From assembly GCF_052907985.1 (NCBI RefSeq), contig NZ_CM128594.1: a stretch of 32,000 nt of DNA. The stretch is one strand, 5' to 3'. A program made the translations under genes and the position numbers. The notes beneath the pieces are model-generated. The model was not told where the DNA came from and searched no databases. It worked only from the letters and a program-made list of their open reading frames with translations. How positions within the stretch are numbered: the stretch's first letter is position 1; each line of letters begins with the position of its first letter. Shown piece by piece: positions 21,326 through 31,900 of the stretch.

Positions 21326-22717
21326 ATGCTGGCTTTCTTAAACCAGGTTCGCAAGCCGACCCTGGATCTTCCGCTCGAAGTGCGGCGCAAAATGTGGTTC
21401 AAACCGTTCATGCAATCCTACCTGGTGGTCTTTATCGGCTACCTGACGATGTACCTGATTCGCAAGAACTTTAACATCGCGCAGAACGACATGATCTCGA
21501 CCTACGGCTTGAGCATGACGCAGCTGGGGATGATCGGCCTGGGCTTCTCCATCACTTATGGTGTGGGTAAAACACTGGTTTCCTATTACGCCGACGGCAA
21601 AAACACCAAACAATTCCTGCCGTTCATGCTGATCTTGTCTGCCATTTGTATGTTGGGCTTCAGTGCCAGTATGGGCAGCGGCTCGGTTAGTCTGTTCCTG
21701 ATGATTGCCTTCTACGCCTTAAGCGGCTTTTTCCAGAGTACCGGGGGATCGTGCAGTTACTCCACCATCACCAAATGGACGCCGCGTCGTAAGCGCGGGA
21801 CGTTCCTCGGTTTCTGGAATATTTCTCACAATCTTGGCGGTGCGGGCGCGGCAGGTGTGGCGCTGTTCGGCGCAAATTACCTGTTTGACGGCCATGTGAT
21901 CGGCATGTTTATCTTCCCGTCCATCATCGCGTTGATTGTCGGTTTTATCGGCCTGCGTTACGGCAGCGACTCCCCGGAATCTTATGGCCTCGGCAAAGCT
22001 GAAGAACTGTTCGGCGAAGAGATCAGCGAAGAGGACAAAGAGACAGAATCTACCGATATGACCAAGTGGCAGATCTTTGTTGAGTATGTGCTGAAAAACA
22101 AAGTGATCTGGCTGCTGTGCTTCGCCAACATTTTCCTCTATGTGGTGCGTATTGGTATCGACCAGTGGTCAACCGTGTATGCGTTCCAGGAACTGAAACT
22201 CTCTAAAGCGGTGGCGATTCAGGGCTTTACGCTGTTTGAAGCTGGTGCGCTGGTGGGTACGCTGTTGTGGGGCTGGCTCTCTGACCTGGCGAACGGTCGC
22301 CGTGGCCTGGTGGCCTGCATCGCGCTGGCGCTGATTATCGCCACGCTCGGTGTGTATCAACATGCCAGCAACGAATATATCTACCTGGCTTCTCTCTTTG
22401 CGTTAGGTTTCCTGGTCTTTGGCCCGCAATTGTTGATTGGTGTGGCTGCTGTTGGCTTTGTACCTAAAAAAGCCATTGGCGCTGCCGATGGTATTAAAGG
22501 CACCTTCGCTTACCTGATTGGTGACAGCTTTGCCAAGTTAGGGCTGGGGATGATTGCCGATGGGACGCCGGTATTCGGCCTTACCGGCTGGGCAGGCACC
22601 TTTGCCGCACTGGATATCGCCGCGATTGGTTGTATCTGCCTGATGGCGATAGTGGCGGTGATGGAAGAACGCAAAATCCGCCGCGAGAAAAAAATTCAGC
22701 AGTTGACAGTGGCATAA
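21326..22717 (+). CDS. uhpT: Hexose-6-phosphate:phosphate antiporter UhpT
   Basis: 463 aa, [56 protein letters not shown]. Confidence 0.97.
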
Positions 22718-22735
22718 ACGTAACTGGTGACTTTT

Positions 22736-22761
22736 GCCCGGCATGACGCCGGGCTTTTTTT
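22736..22761 (+). terminator. uhpT terminator
   Basis: GCCCGGC-ATGAC-GCCGGGC followed by a T-run. Confidence 0.88.
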
Positions 22762-22763
22762 TA

Positions 22764-24530
22764 TTATTCCGTGACTTCCAGCGTGGTGAAGGCAAACTTC
22801 TCGCCATCAAACAGCCCCTGACTGGTTAGTTTCAGCGCGGGGATCACTGGCAGGGAAAGAAACGCCATCTGAATAAACGGCTCATCCGGTAACGGACCAC
22901 ATTCACGGGCGGCGGCTTTCAAGGCGTCAATTTGCTCCGCCAGTGACTGCGCCGTGTCGGTGCTCATTAGCCCGGCAATGGGCAACGGCAGATGACTTTG
23001 TACCTGGCCGTTACGTACTACGCATAGTCCGCCGCCATCCTGAATCACCTGATTGACCGCCAGCGCCATCTCTTCGGCACTACGACCGATCACCACAATA
23101 TTATGGCTGTCATGGCTGACCGTCGCAGCCAGCGCGCCTTCATTCAGGCCAAAACCGCCGAGCAAACCACAGGCTGGAGCCAGTCTTTTCCCGTAACGCT
23201 CAAGTACGGCAATAAAGCACACATCATCGCGATCAAAACCATTTTCGCTGTAGACGCTAGAGCGGGAGTGCGTAATCAATTCGTTATGGATGACGTCAAT
23301 GACCCGATAGCGTTTTCCAGGCGTAAATTGCAGGGCAAAGTCGCTGGCGGAAACTGGCTGGCGGGCAATGGTATTGCCATACGGCGGAGCGGATTGTGCC
23401 AGTCTCGCTGACTCTTCCGCTTGTAAGGTTTGTGCATCAATCGGTTCGCCTTTCACCAGTACCTGCTGCACCGTGACCTTACGCGCATCGCTCAACAGGA
23501 CGATATCCGCCTGCTTGCCGGGTGCCAGTAAGCCGAGATGATTCAGACCAAAATGGCGTGCTGTCGACCAGCTGGCGACGCGATATGCCACATGCAGCGG
23601 CACATTGTGTTGTTCGATCAGGCGACGAATTAAGGCATCGATATGTCCTTCATGGGCGATCTCCCACGGGTTACGGTCATCGGTGCAGAGCATACATTGC
23701 GGGCTGTTAAATTCGTTGATCAACGGTGCCAGCGCGTTGAGATTGCGGGCAGCGGACCCTTCGCGGATCATCAACGACATGCCGAGTTGTAACTTCCGGC
23801 GACCTTCTTCCAGCAGATAACTTTCGTGGCAGTTTTCAATACCCGCAGCAATATAGGCATTAAGTTCTTTACCGCCCAAACCCGGGCAGTGACCGTCCAG
23901 CGTCAGGTGGCGAAATGCGTCCAGTTTATCGAGCAGCGCATTCTGTCCGCTAATTACGCCAGGGTAATCCATCATTTCAGCAAGGCCGGTAACCTGCGGA
24001 TGGTCACGCCAGGCGAGCATCTGTTCAAGTGTAAAACTGGCACCGTTAACATCGCAGCCTTCCAGGGCAGGTACGCAAGAACTGACCTGCAAATACTGGT
24101 TTTGCCTTGCCTGTTCGGCACAGCGGGCAAACCAGGCGAATCCGGCTTCGCCCATCACGTTGACGATTTCATGGGGGTCGCAAATAACGGTCGTCAGGCC
24201 GCGCGGCAGGGTGGCGGTTTCAAAAGTAACCGGCGTCATCATGCTGGATTCAATATGCAGGTGAGCATCAATAAACCCTGGCACCGCCGTTGCGCCGCGC
24301 GCATCAATCCGCTGCAAAGCCGGAGCGTCAGCATATTCTGCGCCAACACCGGCAATGTAACGTCCTTTAATCACAATTGGTCCGGAAATTTCTCCGCCAT
24401 TGATCAGATCGAGAATAGAGACATTATCAATAATATAATCGGCAACAGCGTCGCCACGGGAAACGGCTAACAATTCCTAGTATTCAACCCGGCTAATGTG
24501 ATGAAATTTATGGTTAATGGAATTATTCAT
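22764..24530 (-). pseudogene. ade: Adenine deaminase with a premature TAG at codon 18 (possible pseudogene, or re-initiation from a downstream start)
   Basis: ATG at 24528..24530 reads MNNSINHKFHHISRVEY then TAG (24477..24479, + strand cta), then [23 protein letters not shown]... open to 22764. Full span is 589 codons, the expected length. Confidence 0.85.
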
Positions 24531-24625
24531 ATTTTTCTCATTTTGATTTTATCAATTTGATTATTATTTATCATAAAGAAACGTCGCGAGATTATTAAAG
24601 AATATCCATTAATGTGCAATTGAAA

Positions 24626-24641
24626 TGTGATAATTATCACT
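24626..24641. promoter_or_regulatory. CRP-like site in the divergent ade/adeQ intergenic region
   Basis: TGTGA-TAATTA-TCACT, 9/10 to TGTGA-N6-TCACA; contains perfect palindrome GTGATAATTATCAC. Confidence 0.6.
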
Positions 24642-24704
24642 GAACCGTTGTTGTCATTTGTTTTACAAAAGCAAGGGATTAAATCTCCTCCAATGGACAA
24701 AAAA

Positions 24705-26039
24705 ATGAATAATGACAATACCGATTACGTGAGTAATGAATCAGGGACGCTTTCGCGATTATTTAAACTACCTCAGCATGGGACCACCGTCCGCACAGAA
24801 TTGATTGCGGGGATGACCACTTTTTTAACCATGGTGTACATCGTTTTTGTGAACCCGCAAATCCTCGGCGCGGCACAAATGGACCCGAAAGTGGTGTTTG
24901 TTACCACCTGTTTGATTGCCGGTATCGGCAGTATTGCGATGGGGATATTTGCTAACTTACCCGTGGCGCTGGCTCCGGCAATGGGACTGAACGCCTTCTT
25001 TGCGTTCGTGGTCGTGGGGGCGATGGGTATCTCCTGGCAGACCGGGATGGGCGCAATATTCTGGGGCGCAATTGGGCTATTTTTGCTCACGCTGTTTCGC
25101 ATCCGGTACTGGATGATCTCCAACATTCCATTAAGTTTACGTATTGGTATCACTAGCGGAATCGGATTATTTATCGCCTTAATGGGGTTAAAAAATACTG
25201 GTGTTATTGTCGCCAATAAAGACACCCTGGTGATGATTGGTGATTTAAGTTCTCACGGTGTGTTGTTAGGTATATTAGGGTTTTTTATTATAACCGTGTT
25301 GTCATCTCGTCATTTTCATGCCGCGGTGCTGGTCTCTATTGTGGTGACGTCTTGCTGTGGATTATTTTTCGGTGATGTTCATTTTAGCGGCGTCTATTCC
25401 ATTCCGCCTGATATTAGCGGCGTCATTGGTGAAGTGGATTTGAGTGGCGCATTATCACTTGAACTCGCCGGTATCATTTTCTCCTTTATGCTGATCAACC
25501 TATTTGATTCATCAGGAACATTAATCGGTGTGACTGATAAAGCTGGCTTAATAGATAGTAACGGTAAATTCCCTAATATGAATAAGGCGCTGTATGTTGA
25601 TAGCGTCAGTTCGGTGGCGGGCGCGTTTATCGGCACCTCGTCTGTTACCGCCTATATTGAAAGTACTTCTGGTGTGGCAGTTGGTGGTCGAACGGGGCTG
25701 ACTGCGGTCGTGGTCGGCATTATGTTTCTGTTGGTTATGTTTTTCTCGCCGCTGGTGGCAATGATCCCTCCTTACGCCACCGCCGGAGCGTTAATCTTTG
25801 TTGGCGTGCTGATGACCTCAAGCCTGGCGCGCGTTAACTGGGATGATTTTACCGAATCAGTACCTGCATTTATTACTACGGTGATGATGCCCTTTACTTT
25901 CTCGATCACCGAAGGGATTGCGCTTGGCTTTATGTCGTACTGCATCATGAAGGTGTGCACCGGGCGCTGGCGCGATCTGAACCTGTGTGTGGTGGTGGTT
26001 GCAGCTCTGTTTGCTCTGAAGATTATTTTGGTGGATTAG
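24705..26039 (+). CDS. adeQ: Adenine/purine permease of the NCS2/AzgA type (AdeQ, YicO)
   Basis: 444 aa from MNNDNTDYVSNESGTLSRLFKL; AzgA-like (GLNAFFAFVVV, FVNPQILGAAQMD). Confidence 0.93.
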   Translation: MNNDNTDYVSNESGTLSRLFKLPQHGTTVRTELIAGMTTFLTMVYIVFVNPQILGAAQMDPKVVFVTTCLIAGIGSIAMGIFANLPVALAPAMGLNAFFAFVVVGAMGISWQTGMGAIFWGAIGLFLLTLFRIRYWMISNIPLSLRIGITSGIGLFIALMGLKNTGVIVANKDTLVMIGDLSSHGVLLGILGFFIITVLSSRHFHAAVLVSIVVTSCCGLFFGDVHFSGVYSIPPDISGVIGEVDLSGALSLELAGIIFSFMLINLFDSSGTLIGVTDKAGLIDSNGKFPNMNKALYVDSVSSVAGAFIGTSSVTAYIESTSGVAVGGRTGLTAVVVGIMFLLVMFFSPLVAMIPPYATAGALIFVGVLMTSSLARVNWDDFTESVPAFITTVMMPFTFSITEGIALGFMSYCIMKVCTGRWRDLNLCVVVVAALFALKIILVD

Positions 26040-26091
26040 TAACTGGCGAGGGTTTCCAGATATCATGAGTTCTGATTACGCAGGAGAACTC

Positions 26092-26544
26092 ATGATCTGG
26101 ATAATGCTCGCTACGCTGGCGGTGGTGTTTGTAATTGGTTTTCGGGTGCTGACATCCGGGGCCAGAAAGGCGATTCGCCGTCTCAGCGATCGGCTGAATA
26201 TTGATGTCGTACCCGTGGAGTCGATGGTTGATCAAATGGGAAAGTCAGCCGGTGAGGAATTTTTACGTTATTTGCATCGCCCGGATGAGTCGCACCTGCA
26301 AAACGCCGCGCAGGTGTTGCTCATCTGGCAAATTGTCATTGTCGATGGAAGCGAACAGAACCTGCTGCAATGGCATCGGATTTTACAAAAAGCCCGTCTT
26401 GCCGCGCCGATTACCGATGCTCAGGTCAGGCTGGCGCTGGGTTTTCTGCGCGAAACCGAACCTGAAATGCAGGATATTAATGCTTTTCAGATGCGCTATA
26501 ACGCATTCTTTCAGCCTGCTGAGGGCGTTCACTGGCTGCATTAA
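26092..26544 (+). CDS. yicN: Uncharacterised protein YicN (DUF1198-like)
   Basis: 150 aa from MIWIMLATLAVVFVIGFRVLTSG, immediately after adeQ. Confidence 0.88.
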   Translation: MIWIMLATLAVVFVIGFRVLTSGARKAIRRLSDRLNIDVVPVESMVDQMGKSAGEEFLRYLHRPDESHLQNAAQVLLIWQIVIVDGSEQNLLQWHRILQKARLAAPITDAQVRLALGFLRETEPEMQDINAFQMRYNAFFQPAEGVHWLH

Positions 26545-26590
26545 AACCGTTTCGTCTTATTAGCCTACAGACCGCGCCTGAGCTGGTGGG

Positions 26591-26621
26591 TGGATAAGGC
26601 GTGCACGCCGCATCCGGCATC
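26591..26621. repeat. REP-like element
   Basis: GTGGATAAGGCGTGCACGCCGCATCCGGCAT. Confidence 0.75.
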
Positions 26622-26659
26622 GGAACTGACAGTAGGTGAACGCATTATCTACGTTCTAT

Positions 26660-26983
26660 TTACAGCAGCACCTCCAGCCCGTGTTTTTGCACAATGCTGA
26701 GCAGTTTTAATGAAATGCCATTGGGGCGTTTAGCGCCACTTTCCCATTTTTGTACAGTTGAAACGCTGGTATTGAGATAGTGAGCGAAGACGGGCTGACT
26801 CACTTTTAATTTTTCCCGCAGTGCTTTTATCTCAACAGGTTGTAAGTCTTGCACGCTGGTCAGGCAGGCTTTGTCAAAAGTACGCATCGTTTCGGCAGAA
26901 ATAGCATCGACGCTGGACAATCCAGCAGCTGCGCTGTGAATAGCCTCAAATGCAGGACTTTTAAATTTAGTTTTTGCAGTCAT
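26660..26983 (-). CDS. HigA-like XRE-family antitoxin
   Basis: 107 aa with C-terminal HTH (EIKALREKLKVSQPVFAHYLNTSVSTVQKWESGAKRPNG); overlaps the upstream toxin ORF by 17 nt. Confidence 0.87.
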   Translation of the reverse strand: MTAKTKFKSPAFEAIHSAAAGLSSVDAISAETMRTFDKACLTSVQDLQPVEIKALREKLKVSQPVFAHYLNTSVSTVQKWESGAKRPNGISLKLLSIVQKHGLEVLL

Positions 26984-27326
26984 AGCAGATCTCTGTCAGT
27001 TCTTTAGTGTTAATCATTGCTGTTAGTTGGGCTTTCGTCAGGAAGGCATAATGCTTTGCAAGTTCACGAAACCCAGCCAGTTCCTGACTATTGATGTTCG
27101 ACATATCCTGTTTTGCATATAAAAACGTGTAAAACCAATTGCTTCCCCCTTTTGCCAGAATAATTGCACGCTCACGATTTTGGTGAAGGCGCTTTTTAAA
27201 AACGCCACCACCAAGTGCATCAGCTTTACCTTGCTCCGTTTCTAAAATGGCCCGGCACAACTCTTCATCTGTTATTGCATGAGACCTGGCTTCCCTTGCA
27301 AACCATTTGGTTTTAAACACGCGCAT
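26967..27326 (-). CDS. HigB/RelE-superfamily toxin (DUF1044-like)
   Basis: 119 aa: MRVFKTKWFAREARSHAITDEELCRAILETEQGKADALGGGVFKKRLHQNRERAIILAKGGSNWFYTFLYAKQDMSNI; toxin-first order with HTH partner. Confidence 0.85.
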   Translation of the reverse strand: MRVFKTKWFAREARSHAITDEELCRAILETEQGKADALGGGVFKKRLHQNRERAIILAKGGSNWFYTFLYAKQDMSNINSQELAGFRELAKHYAFLTKAQLTAMINTKELTEICYDCKN

Positions 27327-27346
27327 ATCGTTGAGGTCCTGTTATT

Positions 27347-27373
27347 AAAGTATATCACCAAGTGCAATACTTT
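27347..27373. promoter_or_regulatory. Candidate autoregulatory operator of the toxin/antitoxin pair
   Basis: Inverted repeat AAAGTAT-N13-ATACTTT about 20 nt upstream of the toxin start. Confidence 0.45.
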
Positions 27374-27553
27374 ATCTCTTATTCCCAACCCAATCGCGAA
27401 AATGCATATCAGCTTGCCCTATGATTTTTATTTCTTCGAGCAGCCTCGAACTTTTCCCACAACACCGTAAAAGTTGCAAAAACGTTAAATGTGTCACACA
27501 TTTCAATGTTAAAGTGGTCAGCTTTTCCTCTGAAACATGCCACGGGTAACACC

Positions 27554-28738
27554 ATGAGTGAATTTATTGCCGAAAACCGCGGCGCGGATGCCATCATCCG
27601 ACCGAACTGGTCCGCCGTTTTCTCGGTAGCGTTTTGCGTCGCCTGCCTGATTATCGTTGAGTTTTTGCCCGTCAGTTTGTTGACGCCAATGGCCCAGGAT
27701 TTAGGTATTTCGGAAGGGGTTGCCGGGCAATCGGTGACCGTGACCGCCTTTGTGGCAATGTTTGCCAGTTTGTTTATTACCCAGACAATTCAGGCCACTG
27801 ACCGCCGCTACGTTGTTATTTTGTTTGCCGTTTTGCTGACGCTCTCCTGCTTGCTGGTTTCCTTTGCCAACTCATTCAGTTTGCTTTTAATCGGTCGTGC
27901 CTGTCTGGGGTTGGCACTCGGCGGGTTCTGGGCGATGTCGGCGTCGCTGACCATGCGTCTGGTACCAGCGCGTACGGTGCCGAAGGCGCTGTCGGTGATT
28001 TTCGGCGCGGTTTCTATTGCGCTGGTGATAGCCGCGCCGTTGGGTAGCTTTTTAGGTGAGCTTATCGGTTGGCGCAATGTCTTTAATGCGGCGGCGGTGA
28101 TGGGCGTGCTGTGTATTATCTGGATTATCAAATCATTGCCTTCGCTGCCTGGCGAACCCTCGCATCAGAAGCAAAATACTTTCCGCTTATTACAGCGTCC
28201 GGGCGTGATGGCCGGGATGATCGCCATCTTCATGTCTTTCGCCGGGCAGTTTGCTTTCTTCACGTATATTCGTCCAGTGTATATGAATCTCGCAGGATTC
28301 GGCGTGGATGGCTTAACGCTGGTGCTGTTGAGTTTTGGTATCGCCAGCTTTATCGGCACGTCGCTTTCGTCGTTCATTCTTAAACATTCGGTAAAACTGG
28401 CCTTAGCAGGTGCGCCGTTAATACTGGCTCTGAGTGCGTTGGTGCTGACGTTGTGGGGAAGCGATAAAATCGTGGCGACCGGCGTTGCGATTATCTGGGG
28501 GCTGACTTTTGCTTTAATTCCCGTTGGCTGGTCAACGTGGATCACTCGCTCACTGGCCGATCAGGCAGAAAAGGCTGGGTCTATTCAGGTGGCCGTTATT
28601 CAGCTTGCCAATACCTGCGGTGCGGCAATCGGCGGTTATGCGTTGGATAACATTGGTCTGACTTCGCCGCTGATGTTGTCCGGCACATTGATGTTGCTTA
28701 CCGCGCTGTTAGTCACCGCAAAGGTGAAAATGAAGTAA
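27554..28738 (+). CDS. nepI: Purine ribonucleoside efflux MFS transporter NepI
   Basis: 394 aa from [48 protein letters not shown]. Confidence 0.95.
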   Translation: MSEFIAENRGADAIIRPNWSAVFSVAFCVACLIIVEFLPVSLLTPMAQDLGISEGVAGQSVTVTAFVAMFASLFITQTIQATDRRYVVILFAVLLTLSCLLVSFANSFSLLLIGRACLGLALGGFWAMSASLTMRLVPARTVPKALSVIFGAVSIALVIAAPLGSFLGELIGWRNVFNAAAVMGVLCIIWIIKSLPSLPGEPSHQKQNTFRLLQRPGVMAGMIAIFMSFAGQFAFFTYIRPVYMNLAGFGVDGLTLVLLSFGIASFIGTSLSSFILKHSVKLALAGAPLILALSALVLTLWGSDKIVATGVAIIWGLTFALIPVGWSTWITRSLADQAEKAGSIQVAVIQLANTCGAAIGGYALDNIGLTSPLMLSGTLMLLTALLVTAKVKMK

Positions 28739-28939
28739 CGTATTTACAGGAGGGGTTACTGCTGTGGTGGGAACACTCTCCTGTTCTTCCCCTGATAACC
28801 ATTGATCAGGCATTGTTCTTATCTTGTTGTTATTTCCATTCTTCCGCCTGTATTCATCATTTGCTAATCATGAATCATCATTTTCCCTCATGTTAAAGAA
28901 AGGTCATTTAATCTGAACGCATAGCGGCAGGGATGACAA

Positions 28940-31900
28940 ATGACAGGGAAAGCGCATGGGAACGGTAATCGTTGGGGCGATAACAGCGTATGTGGATTGG
29001 GGGATCGTTTACGTCGTCTGACCGCCGGTCTTTGCCTGATAACGCAAACTATTTTCCCTGTTATAGCTGCTGCTCCTACGCATGTTAACCCTGCGCATTC
29101 GGATACTGCCGCGTCACTGATCCTGTCGAACGTTAAAACTATTCCATACACCTTGGGGGCGTTGGAATCGCCACCAACGGTCGCGGCACGCTTTGGTATT
29201 ACCGTTGATGAATTACGTCGCCTGAATCAGTTCCGTACATTTGCGCGGGGCTTTGACAATGTGCGTCAGGGCGATGAGATAGATGTACCACTCATCAACA
29301 GTAACAGCCCTGAAGCGCGCACTCTGAAAGCAATGCAGATGGAGCGCGACGGTAAAGATCCACAAATGCAGGTCGCGGAAGTGGCGCAACAAAGTGGGAC
29401 ACTTTTAGCGCGCGATATGGACAGCGAACAGGCTGCGAGTATGGCGCGTGGCTGGGTGGCTTCTTCTGTGTCTGCGCAGGCGACAGACTGGCTCAGCCGC
29501 TGGGGAACTGCCCGGGTATCTCTGGGTGTTGATGAAGATTTCAGCCTTAAAAGCTCTTCATTTGAATTTCTCCATCCCTGGTACGAAACGCCAGATAACC
29601 TGGTCTTCAGCCAGCATGCACTCCACCGTACGGATGATCGCACTCAAACGAACCACGGTATCGGCTGGCGTTATTTCACATCGAGCTGGATGTCGGGCAT
29701 AAACCTGTTTATCGATCATGACCTGAGCCGCTATCACACCCGAACCGGGATGGGCGTTGAATACTGGCGCGATTACCTGAAACTGAGCGGCAACGGTTAT
29801 CTGCGCCTCAGTAACTGGCGTAGTGCACCGGAACTCGACAATGACTATGAAGCACGTCCGGCGAACGGGTGGGATCTTCGCGCCGAAGGCTGGTTACCGG
29901 CCTGGCCGCAGCTGGGCGGCAAGTTGGTCTATGAACAATATTATGGCGATGAAGTGGCGCTGTTTGGTAAAGACGAGCGACAAAATGATCCTCACGCGAT
30001 TACCGCAGGTTTGAGTTACACCCCCGTTCCCCTGATCTCCTTTAGTGCCGAGCAACGGCAGGGCAAACAGGGAGAAAACGACACCCGAATTGGTATGGAG
30101 TTGACGTTGCAACCCGGTCATTCACTGCAAAAACAGCTCGATCCGGCTGAAGTTGCAGCACGACGCAGCCTTGCGGGCAGTCGCTATGACCTGGTCGATC
30201 GTAATAACAATATTGTCCTCGAATATCGCAAGAAAGAGCTGGTGCGGTTGACGCTGACCGATCCGCTGAAAGGCAAGCCGGGGGAGGTTAAATCGCTGGT
30301 TTCTTCCTTACAAACCAAATACGCGCTGAAAGGTTATGACATCGAAGCCGCTTCCTTGCAATCTGCGGGCGGGAAAGTTGCTGTTTCCGGCAAGGATATT
30401 CAGGTCACTATTCCACCCTACCGATTTACGGTAATGCCTGAAACCGACAACACTTACCCAATAACAGTTATAGCGGAAGATTCGAAAGGGAATTTCTCCC
30501 GGCGTGAAGAAAGTATGGTGGTTGTAGAAAAACCCACACTAAGCCTCGCTGATTCAACGCTTTCTGTCGATCTACAAATTCTGCTTGCGGATGGAAAATC
30601 AATCTCAACGCTGACCTATACCGCGCGAGATTCCAGCGGCAAGCCTATCCCGGGTATGACATTAAAAACCCATGCGAAAGGTTTGCAAGATTTCGCCCTA
30701 AGCGAATGGAAAGACAACGGTAACGGAACCTATACCCAGTTAGTTACCTCCGGGAAGACGTCAGGCGCGTTGTCGCTGATGCCACAATTTAACGGCGACG
30801 ATGTTGCTAAAACACCAGCGCTGATTGCCATTGTGGCTAATATGGCATCCCGAGCGGACTCCATGATTGAAACAGACCAGAATAATTACGTCGCGGGTAA
30901 GCCGATAGGCGTAAAAGTGACCCTGAAAGATGAGAATGGCAACGGGGTTACCGGAAGAAAAGAACTTCTTAAACAGGCTGTTAAAGTAGACAACACGAAG
31001 ACTGATGCTGTTAGTGCCTGGACGGAAGAAAGTGAGGGAGTTTACAAAGCAAACTATACGGCCCATCTCATTGGCGACAAATTAACGGCCCAGCTGACGA
31101 TGCCCGGCTGGCAAACCAAGCATTCGGATGCGTTCAGTATTGCGGGTGATAAAGATACCGCCAAAATCGCTGCGATGCAGATCACCGCGAATAACGCAGT
31201 CGCCAGACGCGATCACAATACCGTCGCTGTGACGGTCAGGGACGTGCATCAAAATTTACTGCAGGGACAAAATGTTACCTTCACGGTCGTGAATGGTGCG
31301 GCGGTTTTTGCCGATCCAAATGGCGGTATTGTGACGACAGATAAAGACGGGATTGCCAGCGTTAACCTTGCCAGTGACCAGGCGGTAAACAGTCTTATCA
31401 AGGCCGAGATCAATGGCAGTAGTCAGTCTGTGGAAGTGAGCTTTATCACTGGCGATATCTCGCAGCTAACCTCCACCATCAAGACGGACGATGTGTCATA
31501 CACCGCGGGTGGCAAGATAAAAGTGACAGTCACCCTTATGGATGAGCAGAAAAACCGGGTGACAGGGATGGCTTCGCTGCTGGCAGGTAGCGGCGTGGTC
31601 GAGGTGAGCGGTACAGATACAAATGAAACGGGTAACTGGAGCGAAGAGTCTGATGGCGTTTACACCACCACCCGAACCGCGAAGATTGCTGGCAATAGCC
31701 ATTACGCCACGCTGAAACTATCGACATGGAGTAGCGTGCAGCAATCCGATGCGTATGTCATCCGCGAAAGCGGAGCTGTGCTGGCTTATTCCTCTATCGT
31801 TACCGACAAAACGACCTATACCGCAGGCGGTGCGATTAAAGTTACGGTAACGCTCAAGGATAGCTATGAAAACCTGGTCGGGGGGCAACGAGACGCTATC

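Noticed and set aside
23826-24470. 214 aa + strand ORF opposite ade
   Set aside because: Antisense shadow of the ade coding sequence; no independent evidence.
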